Assembly: GCA_964437675.1 (NCBI GenBank)
Contig: CAYTHW010000003.1
Span: 2,836 to 52,904 of the forward strand
Source of the DNA: an uncultured Atopococcus sp.
Lineage (GTDB): Bacteria > Bacillota > Bacilli > Lactobacillales > Carnobacteriaceae_A
Direction of reading: 5' to 3'
Length of the DNA stretch: 50,069 bases
Under the pieces are notes generated by a model that searched no databases, was not told the DNA's origin, and saw nothing but the letters and a program-made list of their open reading frames with translations. The first letter of the stretch is position 1, and every line of letters begins with the position of its first letter. The position numbers and the translations under genes are program-made. Shown here one piece after another: positions 16,497-25,937 of this stretch.

Positions 16497-16775
16497 TTAG
16501 TTTTTAACTGCGTCTTTTAACCCTTTACCTGGTTTGAAAGCTGGAACTTTTGTTGCTGGAATTTGAATTTCATCACCAGTTTGGGGATTACGTCCTTTAC
16601 GAGCAGCACGCTCACGTACTTCAAAAGTACCAAAACCAATAATTTGAACCTTCTCACCATTCGCTAAGTTCTCTTGAATAGCGTCGAAAACCGCTTCAAC
16701 TACTGGAGTTGCATCTTTCTTAGTAGTATTAGTAGCATCTGCTACCTGGCTGATTAAATCTGCTTTGTTTGCCAT
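16497..16775 (-). CDS. hup: DNA-binding protein HU
   Basis: 92 aa. [12 protein letters not shown] ... [43 protein letters not shown] is the canonical HU sequence. Confidence 0.97.
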   Translation of the reverse strand: MANKADLISQVADATNTTKKDATPVVEAVFDAIQENLANGEKVQIIGFGTFEVRERAARKGRNPQTGDEIQIPATKVPAFKPGKGLKDAVKN

Positions 16776-16927
16776 ATGTTGGTCACCTCCTACAGAACAT
16801 CTTTTTAATATTCAAAATATATTTGAATAAGAACAAAATATATTTTCATTCCTTCATAAAAGATACCATATAAACGTTGTTATATCAACAATTTTATCGA
16901 ACAATTTGGATTTGCCTTATCGGAGTT

Positions 16928-18247
16928 TTATTTATTTTTATTTCTAAAAATTAAACGCAGACTGGTACCCGTAAAATCAAAAGATTCTCTAAATTTATTG
17001 ATGAGATACCTTTCGTAAGAAAAATGCACCAGCTCTTTATCATTGACAAAGATCAAAAAGGTCGGCGGTCCTACAGCTACCTGAGTCCCATAGTTGATGC
17101 GCAGCTTTCTTCCTTTATCAGCAGCCGGCGGGTTCAGGACGATCGCTTCCTGGATCACCTGATTCAGTACCGATGAAGGAATCTCTCGATGATTATTATC
17201 ATGCACATACTCGACCATCGGCAGAATATCTTTCAATCCTTTTTTCGTCTTGGCAGATGTAAAAAGGATGGGCGCATAAGCCAGGAAGGTAAATTGCTGT
17301 CTGATATCACTTTCAAATTTCATCCGTGCTTTATGATCTTTAGAGGTCTGAGTGTCCCACTTGTTGACGATGAAGACGATACCCTTGCCTTCTTCATGAG
17401 CAATTCCCGCTACTCTCTTATCCTGCTCAACGATACCTTCTTCAGCATCGATGACGATGAGGATGACACTGGAACGGTCAATCGCCCGCAATGCTCTCAA
17501 CACGCTGTATTTTTCTGTACTTTCATAAATCTTGCCTTTTTTACGGATTCCGGCGGTATCTATGATCGTATATTCCAAACCAGATTCCTCATCGACAAAG
17601 TTAGTGTCGATAGCATCCCGGGTCGTACCAGGGATATTGGACACAATCACTCGTTCTTCTCCTAAAATCGCATTGACGAGAGATGATTTCCCTACATTCG
17701 GCCGGCCGATTAAAGAAAATGAAATTTTATTCTCATCCACTGCTTCTTCATGTTCAGGGAATTTTGAGACGACGGCGTCCAGCACATCTCCTATCCCCTT
17801 GCCATGTTCGCCGGAGACAGCTAAAGGCTCTCCCAGACCTAGAGAATAGAACTCAAATATTTCGGCTTTTCTAGCCTGTGAATCTACTTTGTTAACTGCT
17901 AATATGACAGGTTTTTTCGACTGGAAAAGGATTCGGGCAATCTGCTCATCTAAATTTGTAACACCTGTCGTCACATCTCCTACAAAAACGATAACATCTG
18001 CCTCTTCGATAGCGATTTGAGCCTGAGCATAAATCTGCTGTTCAATCGGCTCATCTTCCAGGGTCAGTCCACCCGTATCGATGATATAAAATTCCTGCGA
18101 AAGCCACTCAGCTTTAGCATACAGACGGTCTCTTGTCACACCAGGCATATCATCGACGATAGCCAGTCTTTCTTCAGCAATTCGATTAAATAAGGTTGAT
18201 TTCCCGACATTCGGGTGGCCAACCAAAGCCATAACAGGTAATGTCAT
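16928..18247 (-). CDS. der: Ribosome-biogenesis GTPase Der (EngA), two tandem GTP-binding domains
   Basis: Two G1 motifs are present (GHPNVGKST and GRPNVGKSS), plus DTGG / DTAG and NKVD / NKWD, and a C-terminal KH-like domain. The preferred start is ATG 18247 ([10 protein letters not shown]), with GGAGGTG 6 nt upstream. The track start 18274 adds 9 unconserved residues. Confidence 0.95.
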   Translation of the reverse strand: MTLPVMALVGHPNVGKSTLFNRIAEERLAIVDDMPGVTRDRLYAKAEWLSQEFYIIDTGGLTLEDEPIEQQIYAQAQIAIEEADVIVFVGDVTTGVTNLDEQIARILFQSKKPVILAVNKVDSQARKAEIFEFYSLGLGEPLAVSGEHGKGIGDVLDAVVSKFPEHEEAVDENKISFSLIGRPNVGKSSLVNAILGEERVIVSNIPGTTRDAIDTNFVDEESGLEYTIIDTAGIRKKGKIYESTEKYSVLRALRAIDRSSVILIVIDAEEGIVEQDKRVAGIAHEEGKGIVFIVNKWDTQTSKDHKARMKFESDIRQQFTFLAYAPILFTSAKTKKGLKDILPMVEYVHDNNHREIPSSVLNQVIQEAIVLNPPAADKGRKLRINYGTQVAVGPPTFLIFVNDKELVHFSYERYLINKFRESFDFTGTSLRLIFRNKNK

Positions 18248-18277
18248 ATTTTTCACCTCCGCATGATCTTGCATGAC

Positions 18278-18315
18278 ATAAAAATACGGCTTGCGAGAAA
18301 GCTCTCAAGCCGTAT
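18278..18315 (-). terminator. Intrinsic terminator downstream of rpsA
   Basis: A long hairpin ATACGGCTTGCGAG / CTCTCAAGCCGTAT with one mismatch, followed on the minus strand by a U5 run. Confidence 0.8.
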
Positions 18316-18336
18316 AATATTGGATTTTTTTGAGAA

Positions 18337-19674
18337 TTATTCAGAGTCATCCAGGTTTAATCCGGATAATTGATCTCCTAAAATATCACCGATGTTGAAG
18401 CTTGATTCAATTTCGGTATCTTGAGTTTGACGACTCTGTGGTCGGGATTGGTTTCCTCCGCCACGTTGGTTATTTTTAGGTTTATTACTCTGTTCTGCTT
18501 TTTCTTCTGGTGTAGGCTCTTCTAAAGCTTTCAAGCTTAATGACAGACGTTCTTCTTCTTCAGAAACTTCTAACACTTTTACTTGAATTTCCTGGCCTGC
18601 TTCCAGTACTTCATGAGGAGTGCTGATGTGACGGTGTGCGATTTGAGAGATGTGAAGTAAGCCTTCAACTCCAGGCTGAACTTCTACAAACGCTCCAAAG
18701 TCAACTAAACGTTTAACTTTTCCATCAACAACGTCGCCTTTAGAGATTTTTTCTTCAATACCATCCCATGGTCCTGCTAAAACTTCTTTACGAGATAATG
18801 AAATACGTTCTTTTTCCGGATCTACAGAAAGAACTTTAACTTCAATATCTTCTCCCACAGTTAAGTGGTCGGCTGGATTGTCTACATGCTCATGAGCAAT
18901 TTCAGAGATGTGTACAAGCCCGTCTACTCCGCCTAAATCGATGAAAGCACCGAAGTCAACAATACGTGCTACTTTTCCAGTAACAACTTGTCCTTCTTCT
19001 AAGTTCTCAAGAGTTTCAGCTTTCTGGCTTTCTAGTTCTTTCTCTTGAATTGCTTTGTGAGATAAGATTAAGCGGTTTTCACTTGGTTCGATTTCTGTGA
19101 TAACTAATTCTAATGTTTGGCCAACATAAGCAGAGAAATCTTCGATGTAATTTACGTCAACAAGTGATGCAGGAATAAATCCACGAACGCCACAATCTAC
19201 TACCAGGCCACCTTTAACTACACGAGTAACAGGTGCTTCGATTGTTTCACCGTTGTTGAATTTCTCTTCGAGTTCTTTCCAAACTTTCTGTGCATCCACT
19301 CGTTTTTTAGATAATTGATAGCTGCCTTGTTCTTTATCTTGAATCTCTTTGATTACAACAACTTCAATTTCGTCTCCGACTTTAACAATATCGTTAACAT
19401 CGTCATAGGGTTGAGCTGATAATTCGCGTGGGTGGATGACTCCCTCTTCACCACTTTGCAGCCCTACGATCACCTGACCGTCATCGTCAATTGTTAAAAC
19501 TTCTGCTATGACAGTGTCTCCCACATTAACTTCATCTACGAAGTCCATTGCTTCAGACATTGAAGGTGTTTCATCTGTATTCTCGATAACAGAATCTGCT
19601 TCTTCTCTATCAAGTGTTTCTCTTGGTTCTACTTCTTCGTTTACATTCAAATCTTTTTCATTGTTCTCTGACAT
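18337..19674 (-). CDS. rpsA: 30S ribosomal protein S1 homolog (four S1 domains)
   Basis: It has repeated S1 OB-fold motifs (G..V.G.V....GGLVVD / DFGAFIDLGGVDGLVHISEI / DFGAFVEVQPGVEGLLHISQI) and lies downstream of cmk as in Bacilli. The preferred start is ATG 19674 (MSENNEKD), with AGGAGGA at 6 nt. Confidence 0.93.
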   Translation of the reverse strand: MSENNEKDLNVNEEVEPRETLDREEADSVIENTDETPSMSEAMDFVDEVNVGDTVIAEVLTIDDDGQVIVGLQSGEEGVIHPRELSAQPYDDVNDIVKVGDEIEVVVIKEIQDKEQGSYQLSKKRVDAQKVWKELEEKFNNGETIEAPVTRVVKGGLVVDCGVRGFIPASLVDVNYIEDFSAYVGQTLELVITEIEPSENRLILSHKAIQEKELESQKAETLENLEEGQVVTGKVARIVDFGAFIDLGGVDGLVHISEIAHEHVDNPADHLTVGEDIEVKVLSVDPEKERISLSRKEVLAGPWDGIEEKISKGDVVDGKVKRLVDFGAFVEVQPGVEGLLHISQIAHRHISTPHEVLEAGQEIQVKVLEVSEEEERLSLSLKALEEPTPEEKAEQSNKPKNNQRGGGNQSRPQSRQTQDTEIESSFNIGDILGDQLSGLNLDDSE

Positions 19675-19785
19675 TATGTGTCCTCCTAAAGTGTACATTT
19701 GATATACATATTTTATTATACGTGACAATTTCAATTAAATCCACCATATACTTTAAAAAAATTAAAAATAGTTTAAGTTCTGCAA

Positions 19786-20454
19786 TTACATGCTCAAATA
19801 TTTTTTAATTTCTGATATGACCTGGTGGATTTCCATTTCTGTAGTGTCTATTATGATCGAGTCTTCGGCCGGTTTTAAGGGAGCTATTTCTCTGTTTCTG
19901 TCCTTAAAATCTCTTTCTTCCAGTTCTCTCTTGATTTCTTCAAAAGAGCTGTCGATCCCTCTCTCAAGATTTTCTTTATGACGTCGATGGGCTCTTTCTT
20001 CTACATCAGCGTCTAAAAAGAACTTAAAATCAGCTTGAGGCAGGACCACTGTACCGATATCTCGTCCATCCATGATAACGTTATTGCATTCCGCAAGCAA
20101 GCGTTGTCTATCGACCAATTCTTCGCGGATACTAGAGTGGGAAGCGACTTCTGATGCATGGTTGGTAACTTCACGTGTGCGGATATCTTTGGTCACATCT
20201 CTTTGATTGATATACACATGCTGCTTACCTTCCTGCTGCTTGAATGAGATATCCAGCCTGGATAATAAGTCATACAGTTCTTTTTCATCATCAAAAGGCA
20301 CCTGATTTTCGAGGGCAGCGAGAGTCAGGCTTCTGTACATGGCTCCCGTATCTATATGAATATAATTTAATTCTTGGGCCAGGCATCTCGAGACCGTACT
20401 TTTACCAGAAGATGCCGGTCCGTCCACAGCTATAGTCACAAATTTTTTCATCAT
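19786..20454 (-). CDS. cmk: Cytidylate kinase
   Basis: 222 aa. IAVDGPASSGKSTVSR (P-loop), HIDTGAMYR and DGRDIGTVVLP are Cmk signatures. Confidence 0.96.
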   Translation of the reverse strand: MMKKFVTIAVDGPASSGKSTVSRCLAQELNYIHIDTGAMYRSLTLAALENQVPFDDEKELYDLLSRLDISFKQQEGKQHVYINQRDVTKDIRTREVTNHASEVASHSSIREELVDRQRLLAECNNVIMDGRDIGTVVLPQADFKFFLDADVEERAHRRHKENLERGIDSSFEEIKRELEERDFKDRNREIAPLKPAEDSIIIDTTEMEIHQVISEIKKYLSM

Positions 20455-20479
20455 TTACCAACTTTCACTAAAAATCATA

Positions 20480-21352
20480 TTATTCCGGAACGATTAATGT
20501 CGTACCTGGATGAATGGCTGTACCTGGAGTTATACCGTTCATTTCTGTTAACTCCTCCAAGCTGATTCCGTGGTTGACAGCGATTCGATATAAAGAATCT
20601 TTAGCTTGTACAGTATAGGTCCCTCTTCCTGCAGTTTCTGCTTCTGTTTCTGCTTCTGTTTCAGCTTGAGTCTCTGCTTCAGCCTGCTGGCTCTGTTGCT
20701 GGGCCTGGCTTGCTGCTGCAGCGGATTCAGCGGCTGCCCGGCTTTCTGCCGCAGCCTGCTCTTGTCGGGCAGACTCTGCTGCCGCTAAGGATTCAGCTTC
20801 GGATTGTTCTGCAAGTTGACGTGATTCTTCCTCTTGTTGAAGAGATCTTGATTCTTCTTCAGCAGATTTGGACTTTTCTTCTTCTTCGAGAGATCTTGAT
20901 TCTTCCTCAGCCAGGCGGATACTTTCTTCTATACTTTCTTCATTACTGATTACTTCCACGCTGTTGGGGTCATTTTCAAATCGGTCATACGAGCGATTAT
21001 TTAAATACCAGACATAAGCAACGGTCGTAATAATAATGATAAAAATAATGACGATAAAAACTGTGACTAAGTTATTCGGCAGTTTGTTGTCTGCTTTTCT
21101 TTTCCTGACACGGGAAGGAACCCCGTTGTCATTGAGGTAAGGCTCGTCACTGAATTGTTTAGACCACAAGGCCTGATTTTCTTCGACACCCTCTTCCTCA
21201 TTGATTCCATCGGCTTCTTCAAAGCCGCCGGAAAGTTCTTCTTCGTCAAACTCATCATAGTCATCAAAATTTTCATCTAAATTTGTTGGGTTATTTTCAA
21301 AGTTGTCGGAGGCATCCGCATCTTTATTATTGTGTTGTTTATTGTTCACCAC
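20480..21352 (-). CDS. Single-pass membrane protein with an acidic low-complexity ectodomain and a C-terminal LysM domain
   Basis: 290 aa. It has an acidic N-terminus, then a TM segment VTVFIVIIFIIIITTVAYVWYL. E/S/A/Q repeats follow, and the C-terminal LysM is TYTVQAKDSLYRIAVNHGISLEELTEMNGITPGTAIHPGTTLIVP. GTG start with a GGGGGAG RBS at 6 nt. Confidence 0.8.
   Translation of the reverse strand: MVNNKQHNNKDADASDNFENNPTNLDENFDDYDEFDEEELSGGFEEADGINEEEGVEENQALWSKQFSDEPYLNDNGVPSRVRKRKADNKLPNNLVTVFIVIIFIIIITTVAYVWYLNNRSYDRFENDPNSVEVISNEESIEESIRLAEEESRSLEEEEKSKSAEEESRSLQQEEESRQLAEQSEAESLAAAESARQEQAAAESRAAAESAAAASQAQQQSQQAEAETQAETEAETEAETAGRGTYTVQAKDSLYRIAVNHGISLEELTEMNGITPGTAIHPGTTLIVPE
20634..20681 (-). 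repeat. 12-nt in-frame tandem repeat inside the LysM protein gene
   Basis: Two perfect copies of GTTTCTGCTTCT (20634-20657) are followed by two degenerate units, encoding (AETE/AETQ)n. Separately, a 17-nt direct repeat AGAGATCTTGATTCTTC occurs at 20841 and 20889 and encodes EESRSL twice. Confidence 0.8.
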
Positions 21353-21384
21353 ACACTCCCCCTTTCATAGTAAATACGATATAC

Positions 21385-21413
21385 ATTATATCATAGTTTT
21401 CCTTGACATTAAC
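21385..21413 (-). promoter_or_regulatory. Candidate extended -10 promoter for the LysM protein gene
   Basis: The minus strand reads TGATATAAT (TG-n-TATAAT) with a weak -35 (TTAATG). It lies about 25 nt upstream of the RBS. Confidence 0.4.
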
Positions 21414-21416
21414 AGT

Positions 21417-22853
21417 TTATTTGTTAAATAAGACGCTTAAGATCTTTTCCCAGGAATCAGATCCTTCTACTTTTTTTTCATTTACTGTTTTTCTCAAAGA
21501 AACCAATTTTTCTATCAGATTTTCCTCACAGTTATCACAGCAGAGAGAATCTTCCTGCTCTATCTTTTCATCAAAATAAGCCAGTAAAAATGCTCTGCGG
21601 CATTCTTGAGTAGCAATATAGTGCATCATCATCTCTAACTGCCTTACTTTATTCAGCTGCCTCTCTTCGACCTTAGCACAGATTTCCTCCGCGCTGTGGC
21701 CGCTCTGCTTGAGAAAATAGACCATCCAGTGGCTGGGCGGCGCTTCTTTGAGAGGCTGGTTTTTCTGCCGGTAAAGCTGGTAAACAGCAGCTTCATCGAT
21801 ATATTCTTCCTCATGGAAGTAACGGTGGATCGATTCGTCCCCTTTTTCATATAAGAGGACGGCAAGGCTGTCCTGACCGTCCCTCCCCGCCCGGCCTGTT
21901 TCCTGCAGATACATCTCCGGTGAAGCCGGCAGATGGTAATGGATGATATAACGGATATCTGATTTATTGACTCCCATCCCAAAGGCTGATGTGGCACAGA
22001 TAACATCGATCCTGTTTTGATCAAACTGCATCTGGATTTTATATCTGTCCTCGGCATCTAAATCTGCATGATAGGGCTGGGCATGAAGGGCTGTCTTCTC
22101 TCGTAAATATTCGGCGATCTCATCCGCTTTCTTTTTACTCGAGAAATAGATGATGCCCGGCCCCTGAAGCGACTCCACCAGTTGGAGAAGAGAGTCTTCT
22201 TTCCTGCCTGGTGCGACTTGACGGACGCTGTATTTGATATTGGGCCGGTCCACCGTATAGAAAATCTCTTTTACTCCATCGCTTTCTTCCGGAAACAAAG
22301 AAGACTGGATATCCTTTCTGACCGCCTGATTGGCAGTCGCTGTCAGAGCCATGGTCGTTGGATAATTTAATTTTCTTCTCACATCGCCCAGCATCAAGTA
22401 TTCCGGCCGAAAATCCATCCCCCACTGGGAAATGCAATGGGCCTCATCCACCACGAACAAACCGATCTTCTGCTGACTCAATTTAGCCAGTACATAGTCC
22501 TGGAAGAGCATTTCCGGTGAAAGATAAATAAATTTATAGTCGGGCAGGTGGCTTAAGATATAATTTTTTTCCTGGCGGTCCTGAAAACTGGTGAGAGCCG
22601 CCACCTGTTTTTCGCCCTGTTGTTTCAGCTGAAAGACCTGATCCATCATCAAAGAAATCAGAGGGGAGACAATCAGAGTCAGGCTTTGATTGATATAACC
22701 GCTGAGCTGATAACACAAAGATTTACCTGTACCTGTCGGCAGCATGACCAAACTGTTTACTCCCTGGACTGCTGCTTCAACCGCTTCTCTCTGTCCCGGT
22801 CGGAAGTGATTATAATTGAAATACTGTTTAAGCTTCTTTTCTAGTTGAGTCAT
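21417..22853 (-). CDS. recQ: RecQ-family ATP-dependent DNA helicase (short RecS-type, no HRDC domain evident)
   Basis: It has FRPGQREAVEAAV, the Walker A LPTGTGKSLCYQL, the DEAH box VVDEAHCISQWGMDFRPEY, and TATA and GRAGRDG motifs. A zinc-finger Cys cluster is present (CRRAFLLAYF...CCDNC). The start is uncertain: ATG 22853 (MTQLEKKL) or TTG 22874. Either start overlaps the ypbB 3' end. Confidence 0.92.
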   Translation of the reverse strand: MTQLEKKLKQYFNYNHFRPGQREAVEAAVQGVNSLVMLPTGTGKSLCYQLSGYINQSLTLIVSPLISLMMDQVFQLKQQGEKQVAALTSFQDRQEKNYILSHLPDYKFIYLSPEMLFQDYVLAKLSQQKIGLFVVDEAHCISQWGMDFRPEYLMLGDVRRKLNYPTTMALTATANQAVRKDIQSSLFPEESDGVKEIFYTVDRPNIKYSVRQVAPGRKEDSLLQLVESLQGPGIIYFSSKKKADEIAEYLREKTALHAQPYHADLDAEDRYKIQMQFDQNRIDVICATSAFGMGVNKSDIRYIIHYHLPASPEMYLQETGRAGRDGQDSLAVLLYEKGDESIHRYFHEEEYIDEAAVYQLYRQKNQPLKEAPPSHWMVYFLKQSGHSAEEICAKVEERQLNKVRQLEMMMHYIATQECRRAFLLAYFDEKIEQEDSLCCDNCEENLIEKLVSLRKTVNEKKVEGSDSWEKILSVLFNK

Positions 22854-23904
22854 ATTTATTTTGGATCTCCTCAATTTCGATCAGTCTATATTTGTAGAAA
22901 GGAAAAACCTTATCTTCCAGCTGATAGACGGACAAAAAGTCTTTATATTGCTTTTTTGAATGTTCGGACAAGTAGGCAAGGACCTGCTTTTTCTCTTCTT
23001 CATCGTAGAGGTGTGAAGTCACCCGGCTCCCCTGCAGAACAGCGATTTCCACCAGGTGATCACTGATGGTGCCCAGTTTGACCTGCCGTCGCAAAGCAAC
23101 TTCCTCAGGACTTAATTTTTCTGCCAGGAGCTGCTTGGTTTCGTAGGCGGTCTTAGACAGGAGGCCGTAATTCTCTTGCCAGGCATGTTGGCGGACGGAA
23201 TAAAAAAGCGGGCAGTGAAGCGGATGATCATCGACCAGCCGGAGAAGGCCGTGGATTTGATTGATCAAAAAGATTTTATCCCGGGATTTTTTACCCAGGA
23301 GCTGGCCTCTGGTCTGGCCGATCTGCGAGTGGCCGGTCAGCTGCCGACTGATGAGATCTGCCTGTTCTTTTTCCATCTGTCCCAGCAGATACACCCATTC
23401 CTCGTAAAAACGGTCGACCAGGTCTCTTCTTTCATGCTGATACAGCCACTTCTTCACCCAGAACTGCTGGGGAAGGGACTGGGTCATCGGGACATAATTT
23501 TTGTTGAGATAGGCTTTTTCAGACAGAACCTGGGTCAGCAGCTGAATCTTTTCCCAGAAATCTAAATCAAAAAATCCATAGAGGGACTGGTCAATCTGAT
23601 CAGGATAGCCCGTCGAATCAAAGTAGCGGTCCACCCAGGAGCGTCCTGGATCTGTCAGGCGGAACCAGTCGCCTTCTTTTTCTACCAAGGCTCCCCTCTG
23701 GAGACTTTTTTGAATCACACTGTCGAAAGCAGCTCTTTCCAGCTGGGGAAACAGACCATAATAAGCGAGGGTCCCGTGGCGCAGGGCCTGAAACAAGGTA
23801 GAACCTGTCCTTTTCCCCTGGAGGATATGGAAAGTTTGTGCAGCTTTCAGCCCTTGTTTCTTGTCAAAAAGACTCAAAATAAAATAAATCGTTGATGTCT
23901 GCAC
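22828..23904 (-). CDS. ypbB: YpbB-family helix-turn-helix / RQC-like helicase-associated protein
   Basis: 358 aa. It lies immediately upstream of, and overlaps, the RecQ-like gene, as the B. subtilis ypbB-recS pair does. The N-terminal FHILQGKRTGSTL motif is typical of the family. GTG start with an AGGGAGG RBS at 8 nt. Confidence 0.75.
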   Translation of the reverse strand: MQTSTIYFILSLFDKKQGLKAAQTFHILQGKRTGSTLFQALRHGTLAYYGLFPQLERAAFDSVIQKSLQRGALVEKEGDWFRLTDPGRSWVDRYFDSTGYPDQIDQSLYGFFDLDFWEKIQLLTQVLSEKAYLNKNYVPMTQSLPQQFWVKKWLYQHERRDLVDRFYEEWVYLLGQMEKEQADLISRQLTGHSQIGQTRGQLLGKKSRDKIFLINQIHGLLRLVDDHPLHCPLFYSVRQHAWQENYGLLSKTAYETKQLLAEKLSPEEVALRRQVKLGTISDHLVEIAVLQGSRVTSHLYDEEEKKQVLAYLSEHSKKQYKDFLSVYQLEDKVFPFYKYRLIEIEEIQNKYDSTRKEA

Positions 23905-23980
23905 GTCTCTTTCCTCCCTAAGTTTTCCTGTCTCTATCTTATCTCAAAAACAACAATTTTTTAATTTTTTCTCTTTATTT

Positions 23981-24019
23981 AAAAAGAGACAAGCGTATCT
24001 ATCTCGATAGACACGCTTG
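23981..24019 (-). terminator. Intrinsic terminator downstream of ribU
   Basis: 14-bp hairpin CAAGCGTATCTATC / GATAGACACGCTTG (one G-U pair), followed on the minus strand by a TCTCTTTTT run. Confidence 0.8.
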
Positions 24020-24050
24020 CATATTATTTTTGTTGTTCAGATGATTTTTT

Positions 24051-24635
24051 TCAGCTGGCTTTACGTGGAGCATATTGTTTTTCGATCCAAGGTCTCATAA
24101 CTTTCCAAACGGCGAAGAAGACCAGCGACACGATGAGTCCTTTAGCTATATTGAACGGGATAACAGCTCCTACTAAGTAATCTCTCATCGGCCCGACATC
24201 GAAGTTCATGACCGCTTGATAGACAGGTACTAGAACAAAGTAGTTCAAAAGTGAAAGAACAGTTGTCAGAGATAAAGCCCCGCTTAAACCGGCACCGATC
24301 TGCGAGAGTTTATTGCTGCCCCATCTTTTCAAGGTGAAATAGATCGGCAGTGTCAAAGAGACAGAGGCGATGAAAGCAGCGAAGTCTCCAATTGGAATGC
24401 CCCCTTCACCTGCTGTAAAGAGATAGTGCATGAAGGAGCGGAGAAAGGCAATCAATACTCCCCCTACTGGACCGTAGGCAAACATTCCCAGTAAGATTGG
24501 AATATCTCCGAAATCCATTTTTAAGAATGGAACGGCAGGAATGATGGGGAATGAAAAGAATGAGATGATTAGTGATGCTGCGGCTAAAACAGAAACACCG
24601 ACTAATTTTTGCGTGCGACTTTGTCTTTGGTACAT
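24051..24635 (-). CDS. ribU: ECF-transporter substrate-specific (S) component for riboflavin, RibU (YpaA)
   Basis: 194 aa with about 5-6 TM helices. It starts with the motif KLVGVSVLAAASLIISFF.FPI...PFLKMDFGDIPILLG, and an FMN riboswitch lies directly upstream. Confidence 0.9.
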   Translation of the reverse strand: MYQRQSRTQKLVGVSVLAAASLIISFFSFPIIPAVPFLKMDFGDIPILLGMFAYGPVGGVLIAFLRSFMHYLFTAGEGGIPIGDFAAFIASVSLTLPIYFTLKRWGSNKLSQIGAGLSGALSLTTVLSLLNYFVLVPVYQAVMNFDVGPMRDYLVGAVIPFNIAKGLIVSLVFFAVWKVMRPWIEKQYAPRKAS

Positions 24636-24680
24636 GATTCTAATCCTCCTATGTCATCCAACACCAGGGAGGAAGTATTT

Positions 24681-24880
24681 AAAATGAAAAAGCTCAAAAA
24701 GCGAGGGCTTTTTGAGTAGGTCAAATAAAGGTTCTTTATTTGAATATTACTTAAATACTTCTACTCTTCTTTATACTTGACTATACAATCGGTTTTGGAA
24801 TTTCACCAAATCAACCAGCACCGCTGGGTCGTAGACTTTACTACCGGTCGGGAATTGCACCCTGCCCTGAAGATGATTTA
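24681..24880 (-). promoter_or_regulatory. FMN riboswitch (RFN element) with a terminator-type expression platform, controlling ribU
   Basis: The minus strand of about 24762-24880 reads CUUCAGGGCAGGGUGCAAUUCCCGACCGGUAGUAAAGUCUACGACC...GAUUUGGUGAAAUUCCAAAACCGAUUGUAUAGUCAAGUAUAAAGAAGAG. This matches the conserved RFN core and its P1 closure. Downstream, the hairpin CTCAAAAAGC-CCTC-GCTTTTTGAG plus a U-run (24681-24716) is the terminator. Confidence 0.92.
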
Positions 24881-24895
24881 TTTTATTATGACTAC

Positions 24896-24924
24896 ATAGT
24901 AGCACACTTCCTTTTAATAAGCAA
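24896..24924 (-). promoter_or_regulatory. Sigma-A promoter of the FMN riboswitch-ribU transcript
   Basis: On the minus strand: -35 TTGCTT (24919-24924), a 17-nt spacer, then -10 TACTAT (24896-24901) preceded by TGc (extended -10). The TSS would fall just upstream of the aptamer P1. Confidence 0.6.
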
Positions 24925-24963
24925 CTTTTTATCTATTATTTTTTTTAACAAGTATCATTTCAG

Positions 24964-24992
24964 TTGATTAAAAATGCTAATTGTATGATAAT
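24964..24992 (+). promoter_or_regulatory. Candidate sigma-A promoter of the aldolase gene
   Basis: -35 TTGATT (24964-24969), a 17-nt spacer, then -10 GATAAT (24987-24992). The RBS AAGGAGTG lies at 25010-25017. Confidence 0.5.
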
Positions 24993-25027
24993 GAAAGCGT
25001 AAACAAAAAAAGGAGTGTTAGTGAAGA

Positions 25028-25912
25028 ATGAATAATGATCAGTTAGAAAAAATGAAGAATAGCCCAGGTTTCGTTGCAGCGTTAGACCAAAGTGGAGGGT
25101 CGACACCTAAAGCTTTACGTAATTACGGTATTGAAGAATCGGAATACGACTCTGAAGAGGAAATGTTCGATTTAGTTCATCAGATGAGAAGTCGTATCAT
25201 TACTTCGCCATCGTTTACTTCAGATAAAGTAATCGGTGCTATCTTGTTTGAACGCACAATGAACAGCAAAATTGACGGGAAATATTCTGCTGATTACTTA
25301 TTAGATAAAGGTATCGTACCTTTCTTAAAAGTGGATAAAGGGCTGGAAGATGAAGAGAACGGCGTTCAGTTGATGAAAGAAATCACTGAGCTGGATGAGT
25401 TATTAAAAACAGCTAAGGAACGTAATATCTTCGGAACTAAGATGCGTTCTAACATCTTATCTTACAATGAAGAAGGTATCCGTGCGAACGTCGACCAGCA
25501 GTTTGAAATCGGTAAACAGATCCTTGATGCAGGATTAATGCCTATGCTGGAGCCGGAAGTTAACATCCATGCCGAAGATAAAGCTAAAATCGATGCATTA
25601 GTGATCGAAGAAATCTTAAAACACTTGGATCAGCTGGATGATGACCAGTCAGTGATGCTGAAACTAACGATTCCAACTGAAGAAGATGCTTACAGAGAAT
25701 TAATTGACCACCCTAAAGTTGTCCGTGTGGTTGCTTTATCAGGCGGATACTCAACTGAGGAAGCCAACGAAAAACTAGCTGAAAATCCTGGTTTAATCGC
25801 TTCATTCTCACGTGCACTATTACAGGACTTAAATGTTGACCAGACAGACGAAGAGTTCGACAAAGCTTTAGCTGATGCTATCGACAGCATCTACGAAGCT
25901 TCAATCAAATAA
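25028..25912 (+). CDS. fda: Class I (Schiff-base) fructose-bisphosphate aldolase
   Basis: 294 aa. [37 protein letters not shown] and PFLKVDKG (the Schiff-base lysine region) resemble the roughly 296-aa staphylococcal-type class I aldolase. The gene is monocistronic, with its own promoter and terminator. Confidence 0.9.
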   Translation: MNNDQLEKMKNSPGFVAALDQSGGSTPKALRNYGIEESEYDSEEEMFDLVHQMRSRIITSPSFTSDKVIGAILFERTMNSKIDGKYSADYLLDKGIVPFLKVDKGLEDEENGVQLMKEITELDELLKTAKERNIFGTKMRSNILSYNEEGIRANVDQQFEIGKQILDAGLMPMLEPEVNIHAEDKAKIDALVIEEILKHLDQLDDDQSVMLKLTIPTEEDAYRELIDHPKVVRVVALSGGYSTEEANEKLAENPGLIASFSRALLQDLNVDQTDEEFDKALADAIDSIYEASIK

Positions 25913-25937
25913 AATTATCCCTATAAAAATAGAACGG

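Noticed and set aside
16809-16829. 8-bp inverted repeat TATTCAAA-ATATA-TTTGAATA in the hup upstream region, considered as a possible operator
   Set aside because: It is short and entirely A/T in an AT-rich promoter region, so a chance occurrence is likely. I recognise no match to a known operator consensus.
21403-21408. Perfect TTGACA hexamer on the + strand in the recQ / LysM-gene spacer, a possible antisense promoter
   Set aside because: No acceptable -10 element lies at 16-18 nt spacing (AAATAA at best), and no + strand feature lies downstream.
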